DNA of 64,000 nt, taken from the NCBI GenBank assembly GCA_965240325.2, contig OZ251245.1, forward strand, positions 124,001 through 188,000, given 5' to 3'. The notes below the pieces were generated by a model that saw nothing but the letters and a program-made list of their open reading frames with translations, was not told where the DNA came from and ran no database searches. The position numbers were made by a program, and so were the translations under genes. Origin of the DNA: Rebecca billardiae RCC1528. Taxonomy: Eukaryota; Protista; Haptophyta. This document shows positions 11,262 to 24,659 of this stretch, piece by piece (within the stretch, counting starts at the first letter, position 1; the number at the start of each line of letters is the position of its first letter).

Positions 11262-14121
11262 CGCGGCCGCGACGCCTCGCCGCCGCGCGGCGTGGCGGGC
11301 GCGGCCGCGGCGAGCTATGTGCGCGCGGGCGGCGGCGGCGGCGCGACGGCGGCGGCGGCGGCTGCGACGGCGCACGCGCGGGGCACCGCGGAGCTGCGCA
11401 CGCTGGGCACGCACGCGTCCGAGCTGGGCAAGCAGCAGGCCTTCCTCGACGACATGGCCTCGTCAGGAGTCATCACACACACCGGTGCGCGCGCACGCGC
11501 CGCACGCGCCGCACGCGCCGCACGCCGCCGTCAGCCGCCGTGTGCACGGCCATCGCGCGCCTCGCTCGGCTGCGCGTCGCACGCGCCCGCCCGCCCGCCC
11601 TCACGCACCCGCCGCCGCCCCCGCCCGCCCCCGCCCAAACCCGCCTCGTGTCATTCTCCCCTGCTCATTATTTTATTTCACCCAAAATGAATGATGCATT
11701 CCTCTTCTGAACGCTCGGCGCGCAGAGCACTCGGCCGCCTCCACGCGCCTCGCCCTCTCCGTCCGCGACGCGCGGCGCAAGTACCTCAGCAAGCTGGTGT
11801 GGCTATGCACGCGCGGCGCTCTCTCCGAGCTCGAGTTTGAAGCCGCGCGCACGCGCCTCGCCCGGCTGCACGCGCGCGAGCTGCGCTACGCCAAGCTGCT
11901 AGTTGGGCTGGGGTACGATGTGGCCCTGGCGAAGCACCGCTCCGCCGCGCGCGAGAAGGAGCGGGCGGAGCAGAGGCGCGGCGCGCAGCCGCAGCCGCAG
12001 ACCAACACCGCCGACGCCGCGCAGACGCCGCCGCCGCGCTCCGCGTCGCCGCCCAAGGGCGTCGGCGGCGCGTCGAGTCGCGGCGCGTCCTTCCGCGCGC
12101 GCGGCGGCGGCGGGCTCGCCGCCGCCGCCGCCGGCCTCGACGTGCCCGCTGTGACCAGCTTCCGGAAGGGCCCCGGCGGCGGCGGCGCGGGCGGCAGCGC
12201 GCTGCCGAGCCCGGCCAAGTCCGGCGGCGCACCCTCGGACGCGGGCGGCGCCGCCGGCTTCGACCCGAAACGGCCGGGCGACGAGCACACAGACGTCGAG
12301 CTGGTGCTAGAGGCCCTGTTTGCGGTCGAGCGCTACGACCCGGCGGCGGCGGCGCACGCGCACGCGCACGGGGGCGGTGCTGGGCGCGTGCTGCCGGGTG
12401 AGGTGCTGCGCATCGCGGCGGTGATGGGGCGGCGCGCGGGCGTGGAGGAGGACGACGACGCGGGCGCGGAGGCGGCGCAGGCGGCGCAAGGCCGGCCCGT
12501 GCGGACGGGCGGCGGCGCGGCGGCGGGCGCGGCGGCGGGCGGCGGCGCGCGCCAGCCGGCGGGCGGGCGCAAGCCGCAGCCGCCGCTCGCGCGGCACCCG
12601 TCCGCCGCGTGGCCGTCGCCGCCGCCGGCGGACGGCGCGGCCAAGGCGCCGCGGCGGCAGCCCGAGGCGCCCGCGCCTGCCGACCCGGCCTCCGCCTCCG
12701 CAGCCGCGGACGTGCCCGAAGGCGCCGAGGGCGCCCACGGCGGCGGCGCGAGCGGCGGCGGCGCGGCGGCGCGGCGCGCCAAGCCTTCTTCCAAGCACCC
12801 GCCGCCGCCGCCGCCGCGGCAGCCGGCGGCAGCGCGCGCCGACGGCGGCGCGGACGGCGGCGCGAGCGCCTCGCCGCGCGGCTCGGGCGTCAACGCCGCC
12901 AAGCGGCTTTCGGAGGCCTCCTCCCCGCGCTCGGCCGCCAAGCCCAAGCCCGCGGCGGAGGAGGGCGGCGGCGGCGGCGGCGCCACCGCCGGCGGCGGAC
13001 GGCGGCAGGCGGCGGCGGCGGCGCGCGGCGCGGGCGGCGCGCAGGCGGGCAGCGGCCGCGCCGCCGCCGCCGCCGCGGCCGCCGAGCGCGGCGACACGGT
13101 GGCGGCACCCAAGGTGGCGGCGCGCGCGGCGCGCGGCGGCGGCGGTGCCGCCGGCGGCGCGGCCGAGGCGCGGCGCCCGCCAAGCCTGCGCACGCCGCCA
13201 GACGCGGCGACGCGCGCCGACGGCGCGCGGGCACACCTGCGCACGCCGCCCGCCGCGCCCTCGCCGCCGCGCCGCGCGCGCGCCTCGCAGGAGGGCCTGG
13301 GCACGCCCGACCGCCGCTCGTCGCGCGAGGGCGGCGGGGAGATGACGCCCGAGCAGGCGGCCGCGGCGGACCCGCTCTCCGCCGGCATTGGCACGCCCGA
13401 TCGCCGCTCGTCGCGCGAGGGCGGCGGGGCGATGACGCCCGAGCAGGCGGCTGCCGAGGACCCGCGCTCCGCCGGCATCCACACGCCCGATCGGCGCTCG
13501 TCGCGCGCGGGCGGCGGCGCGGCCACGCCCGATCTCGCGCCGGCCGCGCCGGCCGAGCAGAGTGCCGCAGAGCCCGCCGCCGCGCCTGGCGGCCGCGCGC
13601 CCGCCGCCGACGGCGCCGCCGCCGAGCCCGCCGCGCAGAGTGCCGCCGACGCCGCCGCCGCCGCGCCCGCCGCGCCGCCCGCGCTGCCCGGCAGTCCCGA
13701 GCGCGCGGCCAGCACGCCGGATGGCGCGGGAGCGGGCGCGGCGCCGGCCGCGCCGCCCGACGCGCCCGCGCCGCCCATCGCCGCCGCACCTGCCGCCGCC
13801 GCCGCACCGGCCGCCAAGCCCGAGCCGCCGCCGCCGCCGCCCGCCGCCGCGGCCGCGCGCCAGCCGAGCCCGCTCGCGCCGCCGCCGCCGCCGCCGCCGC
13901 GCCGCGCCGCCGAGCCGGAGGGCGACGACATCGATCTGAGCGGCCTCCTCGACGCCGACGAGTACGGAGCGGCAGGCGGCGGCGCCGACTCGGACCTCGA
14001 GCTCGAGGCGGCCATCCTCGGAGGGGCCGACGCGGACGGCGGGGCCGCGCGGCCGCCGCCAGCTGCCGGCGGAGCCGCCGCGGACGACGACGAGTACGAC
14101 GACGACTTTGATGACGATTGA
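4061..14121 (+). CDS. Giant (~3,080 aa) protein with ARM-like N-terminal helices, many IQ calmodulin-binding motifs and a low-complexity C-terminus; spliced
   Basis: GT-AG introns at 4361-4684, 9437-9563, 10765-10881 and 11485-11725 join ORFs 4061, 9591 and 11797 in frame. IQ motifs include AIQAAFRGRRAR, RIQRAWRARR, RIQAAWRGRRSR, RIQAVARGRRAR, PIQAAARGMAGRR, TMQAAARGRRVR, TIQRIHRGALGR, AIQRVARGRRGR. ARM-like segments include MLRAGVLELLTELL and LLRAGAEPLVEAL. Confidence 0.7.
13295..13535 (+). repeat. Coding tandem repeat, 90-nt (30-aa) unit, ~2.7 copies
   Basis: GTPDRRSSREGGG(E/A)MTPEQAAA(A/E)DP(L/R)SAGI units start at ~13300, 13390 and 13480. Confidence 0.9.
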
Positions 14122-14815
14122 TGACGCGCGCGATATGACGACGACGATGATGTCGCGCCACGGCCACGGTTGGCGGCACTTCGGCCCCCGGGGTGGCCGC
14201 GGCACGGGCCATACGCGCGGGGTCAGGGCCACCGTAGGCCCGCGGGCCGCGTGCACGGGTGCCTAGTTTACTGCTGATGATGAATATACCGCGCCCGCGG
14301 CCATACAGCATACTAGCTGCTATAGCGCAAGTCGATCAGTAGTGTCCGATTCCGTAGTCATCAGTCGGACTCGACGCGACTGCTGAACCGCTGAACGCGC
14401 GCCGCCATCATCAACGCTGCTGACGACTTTGAATGAATGGCGGCGGCGTATAGTCGCCGTCGGGTTGATGAAGAGTATATTAGAGTATCGCGGGTGCGTG
14501 ATGGCGGTGGCGGCTGTATCGGCAGCTACTAGCATCAGCTAGTAGTATATGGCGCGCCGTCGTACGACTGATGCTGACGATCGGGAGATCACTATACTGG
14601 CGCGCGCTGTACCGGAGTACGACGAGCGCCGGTACGCCACGTACCGCCGCGGATATATACAGTCATACACGGTAGTACTAGTAGCCGCGCCGGCTGCGCT
14701 CATTATCGTCGGCCCCGGGCGGATCCGCGGTCCGCGGCCAGCCGTCGCCAGTCGGCGCCGGTAGCATAGACCCGATGACGACGCGATTAGATCGCGACGA
14801 TGACGTACTACTACC

Positions 14816-14818
<3 letters not shown>

Positions 14819-14896
<78 letters not shown>
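14819..14896. repeat. (TA)39 microsatellite
   Basis: Perfect TA run between two convergent genes. Confidence 0.97.
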
Positions 14897-14897
<1 letters not shown>

Positions 14898-15618
14898 TAC
14901 TGCGCTACCGTATATGCGCCTACGCGGACAGTCACGTGACAGCAGCGACGCGACGAGTACGGCGCCTCGTCCAGGCAGCGGCGCCGCGCCGCCGACGCCG
15001 GTAGTGCGGGATGCCGGGGCGGCGGTCGGGCCCGCGCGGCCGGCGGCTGGTCGTCACCGCGCCGCGGGGCTGACGATGCCGGAACGGGCGGCCATGCTGT
15101 CAGACGTCGCAGATCGTCGCCGATCATCCGGCGCGGACCCGGGGCGCGCACCGAGTGACTGATGATTCAGAGTCCGATATCGGATCGTCATCCGGGGCTA
15201 AGCCGCGGACCGGGCGGCGGCGCAGCCGTGAGCCGGCGGCCCGCCGTCGGACTTCGTCACTTGACAGACACTTCGGGAGCGACGGGAGCCCATCGGGGCC
15301 GTCGCGGAGCCGGCGGGGCCGCCGTACGCGTATGGCGGCGGTGGCGTAGTATTATTAGTAGTGGCGCTATGATGTATGCTATAGATACGGCAGGCTGCGC
15401 TCGTCGGTACCTAGCGGTGCCGCGGCGGGACGGGCGGGCGGGGACGGCGCCGTGGCACCAAGCCGGGCGCAGTCCGCCGCCCGCCGGACGCGGCCCGCCG
15501 TGGCCGCTGCGTCCTCACGGCACCGGAACACGGCGCCCCGCACAGCGCCACCACCCGGACCCGCTGCCCGGCGAGTGCGCCACCAGCGCCGCCGGGCGAC
15601 AGCCCGCTGCTCGGCTGC

Positions 15619-17302
15619 TCAGTGCGCCTCCTCGAAGACGGCGCTCGCGCCGAGCGAGTAGCGCGCGAGGGCGGCGAGGGCGCCAGTCGAGTCGGAGCTC
15701 AGCACGCCGCCGCCGTCGTGCCCGCCGTCGCGGCCGTGCGCGCCGGCGGCGCGGCGGTGGAGCGGGTTGTGGTGGTGATGCCGCTCGGGCGGCGACGCGG
15801 CGCCGTGCTTGGCGCGCTCGTCCGGGCCGCGCCGCGGGCCGCCGCCGCCGCCCTGGCCCTCGTCTTCGTGTGAGAGCCGCGCGCCGCGCTCGACAAGCGG
15901 CTCGGCGGCGCCGTCGCCGCCGCCGCCGCCGCTCCCGCCCGCGTCGTCGTGGTGCGAGCCGCCGCCCGCGTGGTGGTGCGGGTGGTGCATGATCACGTCG
16001 CGCTTCTTGGCCGCCTCGTCCACCGACGCGCGGATCGTCTCGGCCGAGAGCAGCGAGGCGGCTGTGGACCCAAACAGGTTGCGCCGCCGCTGTTTCTGCT
16101 CTGTCGAGAGCGCGCCGACCTCGGCGCCGATGAACGGGTCGTCTGGGACCGCGCGCCCCGCGTCGGGCAGCAGCAGGTGCACCAGCCGCGCGTTCCACTC
16201 GTCCTGCAGCTGGCACAGCGGCAGGTGGTTCGGCCCGTGCCCGTACGGCTCCTCCAGCTCCCGCGCGACCTGGTTGAGGCTCTGGTACCCGAGCGAGACG
16301 AAGAAGGAAAGAACGACAATGAGCGCCATGCCGCCCGCGTCGCGCGAGACGACGCGCGGGCCGCCCGGCTCCTCTGGGCCGGCCTCGTCCTCCTGGTACC
16401 CCACGAACGCCGAGATGATCAGCGGCGCGATGAAGTTGAAGACGTGCAGCAGCAGCGTCACGAGCTGCACGTACGGGAACGGGAAGGGCGTGTGCGCGAT
16501 GCGCGCGGCGTGCATGTACCCCAGGTGGCCGTCGGAGATCACCTGATAGGTACGGGAGAGGATCGGCGCCGGCACGGGCAGCCCGCCCGCCTGCGTGCGC
16601 GCCACCACGAGCTGGAACACCCACGACATGCACAGGTACGGCCGGTCCTTCGAGTGCGACGCCTCGAGCGCCGCGATCTCGGCGCCCGAGATACCGCCCA
16701 CCACCGGGAACGGGTGCGCGAGCGCCTGCGCCGCGTACGACTCGGGGTCCCAGATGTAGAGCATGTTTGAGAGGACGAAGCGGAAGGGGGTGAGGCCGGA
16801 CTGCGCCTGCTGCGCGCCGATCCCCTGGTCCGCGATCGACGGGCGGCGGGAGAGGTGCCGGCCCGGGTTGGCGGCGAGCAGGCCCGCGCCCACCGCGCCG
16901 TCCGCGCCGCCGCCCGCCGCACCCTCTGCACCGCCCTCCGCCGCCGCCGCCGACGCGCCGGGCAGCGCGGGCACGCTGACGGACGCGTCGCCGCGGCCCC
17001 AGCTGCGCGACGCGTCGGCCGCGCCGCCGCCGCCCACCGCCGCCGCCGCCTTCTCCCTGAGCTGCTTCGCCGCGCGGCTCGGCGTGCGCAGCTGGCCGAG
17101 CGGAGGGCGCGGCGGCTGCGGCGCCGCCGCCGACGGCGCCGGCGGGTCGGGCGCGGGCGCGCCGTGCTTGGTGCTGCCGAGGGCGCTGCTGCCGCTGCCG
17201 CTGCCGCTCCGGCCTCGCGAGGGCGAGCGCTCGCCCACGCCGCACGCGGCGCCGGCGCCGCACGCGCCCACGTGCGAAGGGTGGCGCTCGGCCACACCGC
17301 CC

Positions 17303-17350
<48 letters not shown>

Positions 17351-18803
17351 CCGCCGCCGCCGCCGGCAGCGCTGCCGCCCGTCAGCCGTCGCTCGACGCC
17401 GAGCGCGCCCGAGCCGTCGGAGGAGCTCTCGGAGGGGGTGCCTTGCTCGCCCGCCGGCGCGGCGCCGACGCTCACCACGACCGCCTCCGGCGCCGTCGGC
17501 GGCGGCGCGGGCTCCGGAGGGCCGGGCGGCGGCGGCGCGAGCAGGTGCGGCTGCGCGGGCGGCAGCGGCGTGCACGGCGGCACCGCCGCCGCCGCCGCCG
17601 CCGCCGCCATGCCGGCGTGCGGCTCGGAGCACGCGCGGCGCGCGAGCGGCTCGACGCGCGCGGAGGGCTCCGCGCCGCCCCGCGCGCCCCCGCCCGGCAC
17701 GCGCGACGGCCTCCCGGGCGACTCTGGAATCGGCTCGGGCGCGGCGGAGCGCGGCTGCCGTCCAGCAGCGCCGGAGCCGTGCGGGGTCCGGCCCGCCGCC
17801 GCCGCCGCCATCGCGCCCGCCGCGGCCGACGTGGCGCCGGGCGGCGAGGGCGGCGGGGCGGCGTCGGCGCCGGGCTCGGCGGCCGCCTGCGACCCCGCCT
17901 CGTCCTCCCCGCCCTCCGAGTTCCGCCGCGAGCCCAGCCGCGAGTGCAACACCCGAAGCCGCGGCGCCCCCTCCGGCACGGTGCCCGCGGCCGCGCCGCC
18001 GCGCGCCGCGTGCGCCGCGGCGTCGCGCGCGGCCGTGCGCGCGGTCGAGTGGAAGCGCATGCCGCGCTCGTCGAACTCGATGCCGAATGGGTCGCCGCGC
18101 TCGAGCGAGGAGCACCCGTCCACGAACTGCGGGCGCGCGGGGCCAGGGGGCGGGGCGGCGGGCGCGCGGCTTCGATGCGGAGTGCGGATTGGCGCGGGGG
18201 GCCGCGCGCCGCGCGCCGCGCCCGCTCGGCCTGCCACGCCCGCGCCAGCCCGCCCGCCCACGCGCGCGCGCGCGCTTCGAGAGCCGCCTCGCCCCGCCCC
18301 AGCCCCGCCCAGCCTCCCTGCGCGCCACCCCGGCAACCGCCCCCGCGCGCGCGGGTGCGGCTGCGCGCGCGGCTGCGGCTAACCTGCCAGTCCATGCGGA
18401 GGTCGGCAAGGCAGACGGCGTGCATGAGGGAGAAGAGGTGGACCATGCGCGCGCGCCAGTGCTTCGAGTCGGGCAGCTGCGAGTACTCGAAGTGCACGAG
18501 GTGCATCGCCGCGTCGCCCCACTTGGCCTGCATCTGCTGCACCGCCGCGCGCGCGTCCCACCACCGGTTGTACGCCAGGTTCGACCTCTGCACGAGGAGG
18601 AAGCCGAGGACCATGCCGAGGATGTGCAGCGCGTACGGGTGGTCGACGAGCGTGCGCGTCGGGCCGGTCACGCCGAACCACTCGAAGAGCAGCGCGAGCA
18701 GCCCCGTGAACGTCGCCTGCGGCAGCGTGCGCGGGATGACAGACCCGTACCAGATGAGGAACACGCGGAGGCCGCTCGCCTCGGCGGAGGAGTAGTAGAT
18801 CAT
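15619..18803 (-). CDS. Bestrophin-family (UPF0187/RFP-TM) anion channel with a large low-complexity insertion, ~975 aa
   Basis: Exon 1 (18803-18384) contains LGFLLVQRSNLAYNRWWDAR. Intron at 18127-18383 (GTTAGC...CAG). Exon 2 contains RIAHTPFPFPYVQLV, TM helices and ARELEEPYGHGPNHLPL. Confidence 0.88.
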
Positions 18804-19609
18804 GGCGCGGAGGAGGAGGCGGAGGGGGGCGCACGGGCCCGCCGCCGCGCCCGCTCGGCGCGCAAGGACGAGCCGCGCCCGGCCTCCGGAGTGCTGTGCG
18901 CGCGGCGCGCGGGGGCAAGCAAGCAGCCGGCAACCCCGGCCCCAAGCGCGAGTCAGACGGTGATGCGCCCCACCGGAGCGAGACGAGCTGCTTTCCTCCC
19001 GCCCTCTTCTGTACCGTCGGCAGATCCGCCCCTACCGTACCGCACGGATCTGGGCGGTTCCTCCGTGGTCTCGTACGGAGTCAGAGAGTTCAGCGCCGCC
19101 GTGCCGCGTGCGGTTGGGCTGAGCTTGAGAGTCACACTCACAGCAGCGCTTGGCAGCGCCTACTCAGCAATCCTGACTCTTGACGTCTGATCCGCCACGT
19201 GGTTACAACGCAAGCCCTGAGCCGCCGCCGAGCCAGCCACCGCCGCCTTGGCAGTCGGCCGCGCTGCCAGCGGCGGCTTTGACATGTGACTTTTGAGTTT
19301 GGTCAATAATGCCAATGGCCAAAGGTCGGTCCTGCGGCCGGTCGTCACGGTCGTCCTCAGTGACCGGCGGTCGCGGCTCCGTCGAGCGCCACGGCCGCAC
19401 CAGGCGCCGCCCCGCGCTGGGCGCACGGGCTGGCCGCCCGGCGGAGGCCGGCCGCGGCAGAGCCAACGCGCGCGCGCGCTCGGCGCTCGTCCCATCAAAG
19501 CTGGCGCCGGCGGCGAGCGGCGGCGCGCGCGCAACGCGCGGCGCGCGCCCGCGCCGCGCTCGCGCCGCGAGCCCGCCCGGCGCTGCGCCAGCGCGCCGCG
19601 CGCGCGCGC

Positions 19610-20551
19610 TCACGCGCGGCAGCCCGCCCGCTTGAGCTCCCACGCCTGCATCGACGTCGAGTAGTGCAGCAGGATCGCCGCGACGACGAAGCAGTGGAAA
19701 GTGGCGTGCGAGCCCCACACCGAGAGCAACGGCGCGCACGCCGACGCGCGCGTGCGCACGCGCGTGTGCGCAGAGCGGAGGGCGGCCATCATGGAAGCGC
19801 TGGCCTTGAGCGCGGGCGGCTCGACGGAGGTGTCGACGCCGCACGCGCCGCCCGCCACCGCGTCGTCCGCCGAGCCCGCGTGGAAGATCACCGCCTCGAG
19901 CGAGTTGGCCAGCGGCGGCTTGCGCCGGTGCGAGCGCGCGGGCGCGCGGCCGTCCGGCAGCAGCGCGGCGGGCGCGCGCGGCGGCGTGCCGCCCGCGTCC
20001 GCGCGCACCGGCCCGCCGGCGCGCGAGCTCTCCTCGCTCGGCGCGCCGCCGGCCCCCTTCGCCGCCCAGCGCTCGGGCATGCGCAGCACGTCGATCACCG
20101 CGCCCACGCTGTACAGCACGCCCATCGCGATCACGCCCAGCCCGATGTGCCGCGTGCGCGCGTGCGCTAGCAGCTGCACCGCCGGCATCAGGCCGAACCA
20201 GCCGATCCCGAGGAAGACGGCGGCGCGGACGGGCTGGTAGGCGGGCGTGGCGAAGCGGGGGAGGAGGCAGAGCACCGCGACCACGCCGACGAGCCCCGAG
20301 ATCCCCAGCGCGTACGTCAGCCGCCACGCCGGCGCGAAGCAGTCCAACCCGAACTGCAACACAGTCAGCCATGACCCCCAGACCAGCATGAGCACCCCGG
20401 CAAAGTCAACCTTGATGAGCGCGCGGCGCACGCGCACGCCCGAGTCGCAGAAGAGGTGGAAGGCGGCGGAGAAGGAGAGGCAGCAGAACGCGCCGAGCAG
20501 AAACCCGCCGAACGCCACGATGTCGAGCGTGCCCGCGACGCGGCCGCCGAT

Positions 20552-20595
<44 letters not shown>

Positions 20596-21238
20596 GGTGG
20601 TGCCCTCGGAGCGGGCCGTCGGGCTGCAGCGTGAGGTAGGCGAGCACGGCGACGGCGATCGCGCCGGAGAGGTGGGTCCACACGTTTGCCGTCTGGTTGT
20701 GCAGCTGCACCAGGCTCCGTGCCGCGGAGCGCACCAGCGTGCGCGCGTCCGCGCCCGGCGGCGGCGGACGGCGGTACCCGAACAACACGTACTCGTTGTC
20801 GACGCGCCACCAGCGGTGCTCGGGGTCGAGGTCGTCGATGGCGAGGCACTCGCCCTCGGAGAGCGAGCGCATCGCGTCCAGCCCCCGCACGCCGCCCGCA
20901 CCCTCCGCCTGCAGGCCCGGCGCCGCGCCCGCGGCGGCGCGTGGCGGCGGCGCGCGCGCTTCGCGCCATGACGCGGCCGCCTCCGCCGCGCCCGCCGCGG
21001 CGGCGCCGGCGCTGGCGGCGGGCGGCGGCGGGCGCTTGGGCGGCGGGAGGTGATCGTACTCGCCCATCCCCCACGACGCCTCGTCCGAGCGCTGCTCGTA
21101 CGCGACCAGCAGCGCGCGAGAGAGCGACGCGCGCTCGGCCGCATCCGCCGCGTCGCGCTCGGCGGCGTGCGTCAGGCTGTCGAGCGCGGCGGCGGAGGGC
21201 GTGGTGTCGGCGGGGTGCGTGGGCCACGGTCCGCCCAT
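19610..21238 (-). CDS. PAQR / adiponectin-receptor-like (Hemolysin-III family) membrane protein
   Basis: Motifs DNEYVLFGYR, LHNQTANVWTH, SAAFHLF, KVDFAGV, PERW and SHATFHCFV; about seven hydrophobic helices. Confidence 0.92.
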
Positions 21239-21800
21239 GCTCGACGCGTCGAGTCGCTCGCCGCGGCGCGCGTGCCTCCGTCGCTCGGCTGAGCGCTCCC
21301 CCGTCCGGCGTGCGCGGGCGCGTGCCCGAAACGATTGCGCGGTGCGGGCGTGCCGCGCCGGGCTGCAAGTTGCGGCGGGACGCGCGCCTCGTTCTTCCAG
21401 TGCGCGCTGACGAGGCTGATTAGCGCCAGATTGGCGGAGATGCTATGCACGATTCCCAAACGCGCGACGCGCGACGAGGCCGGGCGAACCGGCACGGCAC
21501 AGCCCCGAACCTGGACCTGCCTTTGCTGATTGGGCGCATGCACGCGACCGAGCAATCATTGCGCTACTCCGCACGTTTGCACGCGCGCGCGTGGACGCGA
21601 GCGGCCCGCTCATCTGTACCGCGAAGCGGCGCCGTTTCGTTTTCATCGAACGATCTTCCCGCCTTTCAGGTCGTAGAGACGTAGACTCGCTGCTCACCAG
21701 TCAGTGCTAGTAGGAGTAGGAGGTGTAAGTGTCCCAGGAGTTCGCCGGTAGTACTGTGAGTATGGGGGTATCCAGACGTACACGGCCCGCCCACTCAAGG

Positions 21801-23217
21801 ATGGCGGCCTCGCGCGCGGCGTGCACGGCGCTGTGGCTGCTCGTGACGAGCGCGTTGGCGGCGGCGCGCGCGGAGGAGCTGCCCAAGGACGCGCCGACCG
21901 TCCGCGTGCGCGAGGGCGTCCTCGTCGGCTCGTACGACTCGCCGCGCCGCCGGATCGCCCGCTTCCTCGCCGTGCCGTACGCCGCGCCGCCGGTCGGCGA
22001 GCTGCGCTGGCGCCCGCCGCGCCCGCCCGCGGCGTGGGGCGAGACGCCGCGCAACGCGACGCGCAGCGCGCGCCCGTGCGCCCAGCCGGGCACCCGGGGC
22101 TCGGAGGACTGCCTCTACCTCAACGTCTTTGCGAGCGCGCGCGCGCTCGCGCGCGCGGCCGAGTCGCCCGCGGCCGAGCGGCGCGACGCGAGCGGCGGCG
22201 CCGCGACGATCGTCTTCCTGCACGGCGGCGCGTTCCAGATCGGAGCGCCGCCGAGCATGTCGCGGCTGCTCGTGCAGCTCGACGACCTCGGCCTCGAGCC
22301 GCCCGAGGGCCTCGTCGCCGTCTCGGTCGCGTCCCGGCTCGGCATCTTTGGGTTCCTGCATGATGAGTCGCTGTGCGCGCCCGCGGGCGGCGGCGCCGAC
22401 GGCGCGCGCGGCGGCGGCGGCGGCGGCGACGGTGGTGGCGCGGGCTCGGAGGCGGAGGGCGGCGCGGGGCTGTACGGGCTGCTCGACCAGCGCGCCGCGC
22501 TGCGCTGGCTCGCGGCCAACGCGCCGCGCTTCGGCGGCAGCGCGCGCCGCGTCATCCTCTGGGGAACATCATCGGGCGCCCTCGCCATCTCAGCGCACCT
22601 AACCATGGCGCGCTCGCAGCAGCTGTTCCATGGCGCCATCCTCGCGTCGGGCACGTTCGGCGCGGCGGGCGCCAAGTCGGCGGCGCAGGCGCGGCGCACG
22701 CTCGACGTGGTGGCGGCGCGCGCGCGCTGCGCGGCCGGCGCCGGCGGCGAGCGCGTGCGCTGCCTCCGCGGCCGAAGCACGCGCCAACTGCTCGCTGCGT
22801 CATCGCCCCTTGGCGAGCGGGCGCGCGCGGGCGATGAGCCGGCCGCGCCGCGCGGGCTGCGCCTGCCGCCTCCGGCGGAGTGGTCGGCCTTCGGCGCCGC
22901 CTCGCTCAGCGCGCTGGGCTGGGCGCCGGTCTGGGGCGGCTGCTGCGGCGCGACCGAGCTGCCCAACCACCCGTACCTCTGGCTGAGCGCACAGCGCGGC
23001 GCGCAGCGCGGCGCGCAGCGCGGCGCGCAGCGCGGCGCGCAGCGCGGCGGCGCGGGCGGCGGCGCGGGCGGCGGCGCTGGCGGCGGGGCGAACGGCAGCA
23101 GCAGCGCGGCGCGCGCCGACGGGGACGACGACGCTGGCGCCGCGTCGGCGCGGCGCGCGGCGCCGCCCATCCCCACCCTGCACGGCTTCGGCGCGGACGA
23201 GGGAGTCTCGTTCGTTG

Positions 23218-23261
<44 letters not shown>

Positions 23262-24137
23262 AGCGGCCTGCGCAACGGCGGAGGCGGCGGCGACGACGAC
23301 GACGGCGCCGCTGCCAGAGCGCTGCGCTCGGCGCTGGGCTCCATCTATGGGCGCGCGGGCGCGCGCGCGGCCGAGCTGTATCTGCGCTATCTCGGCGGCG
23401 GCGCGGGGCCGCGCGAAGACGCGTGGCGCGCGCCCGTCGGCTCGGCCGCGCGCGCCGAGGCACGATTCGTCGGCGACGCGGCGGTCGCCTGTCCCGCGTG
23501 GCGCGCGGCTGCGCAGCTGGCGCGCGGCGTCGGCGCGGGCGCGACGGGCGGAGGTGCGCTCGCGCCCGCGCCCACCTTCGTCCTCGCCCTCGCGGCCGCC
23601 GGCACCGGGCCCGGCGCGCCGCCCGCGACGCACACCGCCGCGTGCCACCTGCTCTCGCCCGGCGGGATGCACTCGCAGCTCGCGCGCTATGTGGCGCACT
23701 TTGTGCGCACCGGCGCGCCTGGCGCGGGCGCGCCGCCGAGGGACCGCGCGGCCGAGGGCGGCGGCGCGTGGCCGCGCCTCCCCGAGTGGCCTCCGTTCGG
23801 CGGCGGCGGCGGCGGCGGGGCGGGCGCGGGCGACGGCGCGGGCGCGCGCGCGCTCCTCGTCCTCCTCCCCGCCAACGGCCGCGAAACGCCCCTGCTGACG
23901 CCGCAGCCCGACAGCGGCGCAGCGGTGACGCCAGTGCCGCCGCACGCAGCAGCGCCGCCGCCCGACGCTGCCGCGCGCGCGTCTCAGTCGGAGGACTCAG
24001 TGGACGGCCTCGTGGCCATCGTGCCGCACGCGCTCACGGAGGCGTGCGAGCGGCACGTCAGCCCGCTCACAGAGGCCGTGCAGGGGGCGGTGGCGCGCGA
24101 GGAGCGGGGCGAGGCCAGCCGCGCGTGCGCCGGATGA
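21801..24137 (+). CDS. Secreted type-B carboxylesterase (alpha/beta hydrolase, cholinesterase-like)
   Basis: Signal peptide after ATG 21801. Motifs FLAVPYAAPPVGELRWRPP, SEDCLYLNVF, HGGAF and YGLLDQRAALRWL. Nucleophile elbow WGTSSG; candidate acid DEG and His in ATH. Confidence 0.9.
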
Positions 24138-24659
24138 CGCTGACGACGAGTGCGGTGCCGCGCGCGGCCGCGCTGGTAGTGCGGCGGTGATGGTGCCATC
24201 GTCAGCGCATTTTTCATCATCAGGCTTCAGCCGCCATCAGGCATCATCGTCAGCCGGCCGCGCGACTAGCTGTTCGGACTGATGCGCGGCCGCCTGCCGG
24301 ACCCGGCGTCCGCCCTGCTGCGGCCTGCAGCGCCGCGGCCGGCCCGGCGGGGCGCGGCTGACGCACCGCTCACGCTGACCCGGCTGACCGCAGCCGCGTC
24401 GTCGCTCCGGTCGTCGTCCGCGGCATCAGCGCACGCATCACATCACATTCGCTCCAGCCCCAGGTAGTCGGCAGCACTGCTCACGTGCTGCCGCAGCGTC
24501 AGCTCCGCGGCGGCGGTTCACTGTTCATCGTGGACGCGACTGTCACCAAGCCGCAGCAGTTCATCACTCGCCACGCGCGAGGCGCCATATCCAGCTCCGC
24601 GTCGTCGAACCCCGGATGAACCGGTCGAGTGCGCTCGACCGGCTGGGCCGGGGCGGCTG

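Noticed and set aside
14122-15600. Scrambled-looking intergenic DNA around (TA)39 as a possible mobile element
   Set aside because: No TIR, TSD or credible ORF was found.
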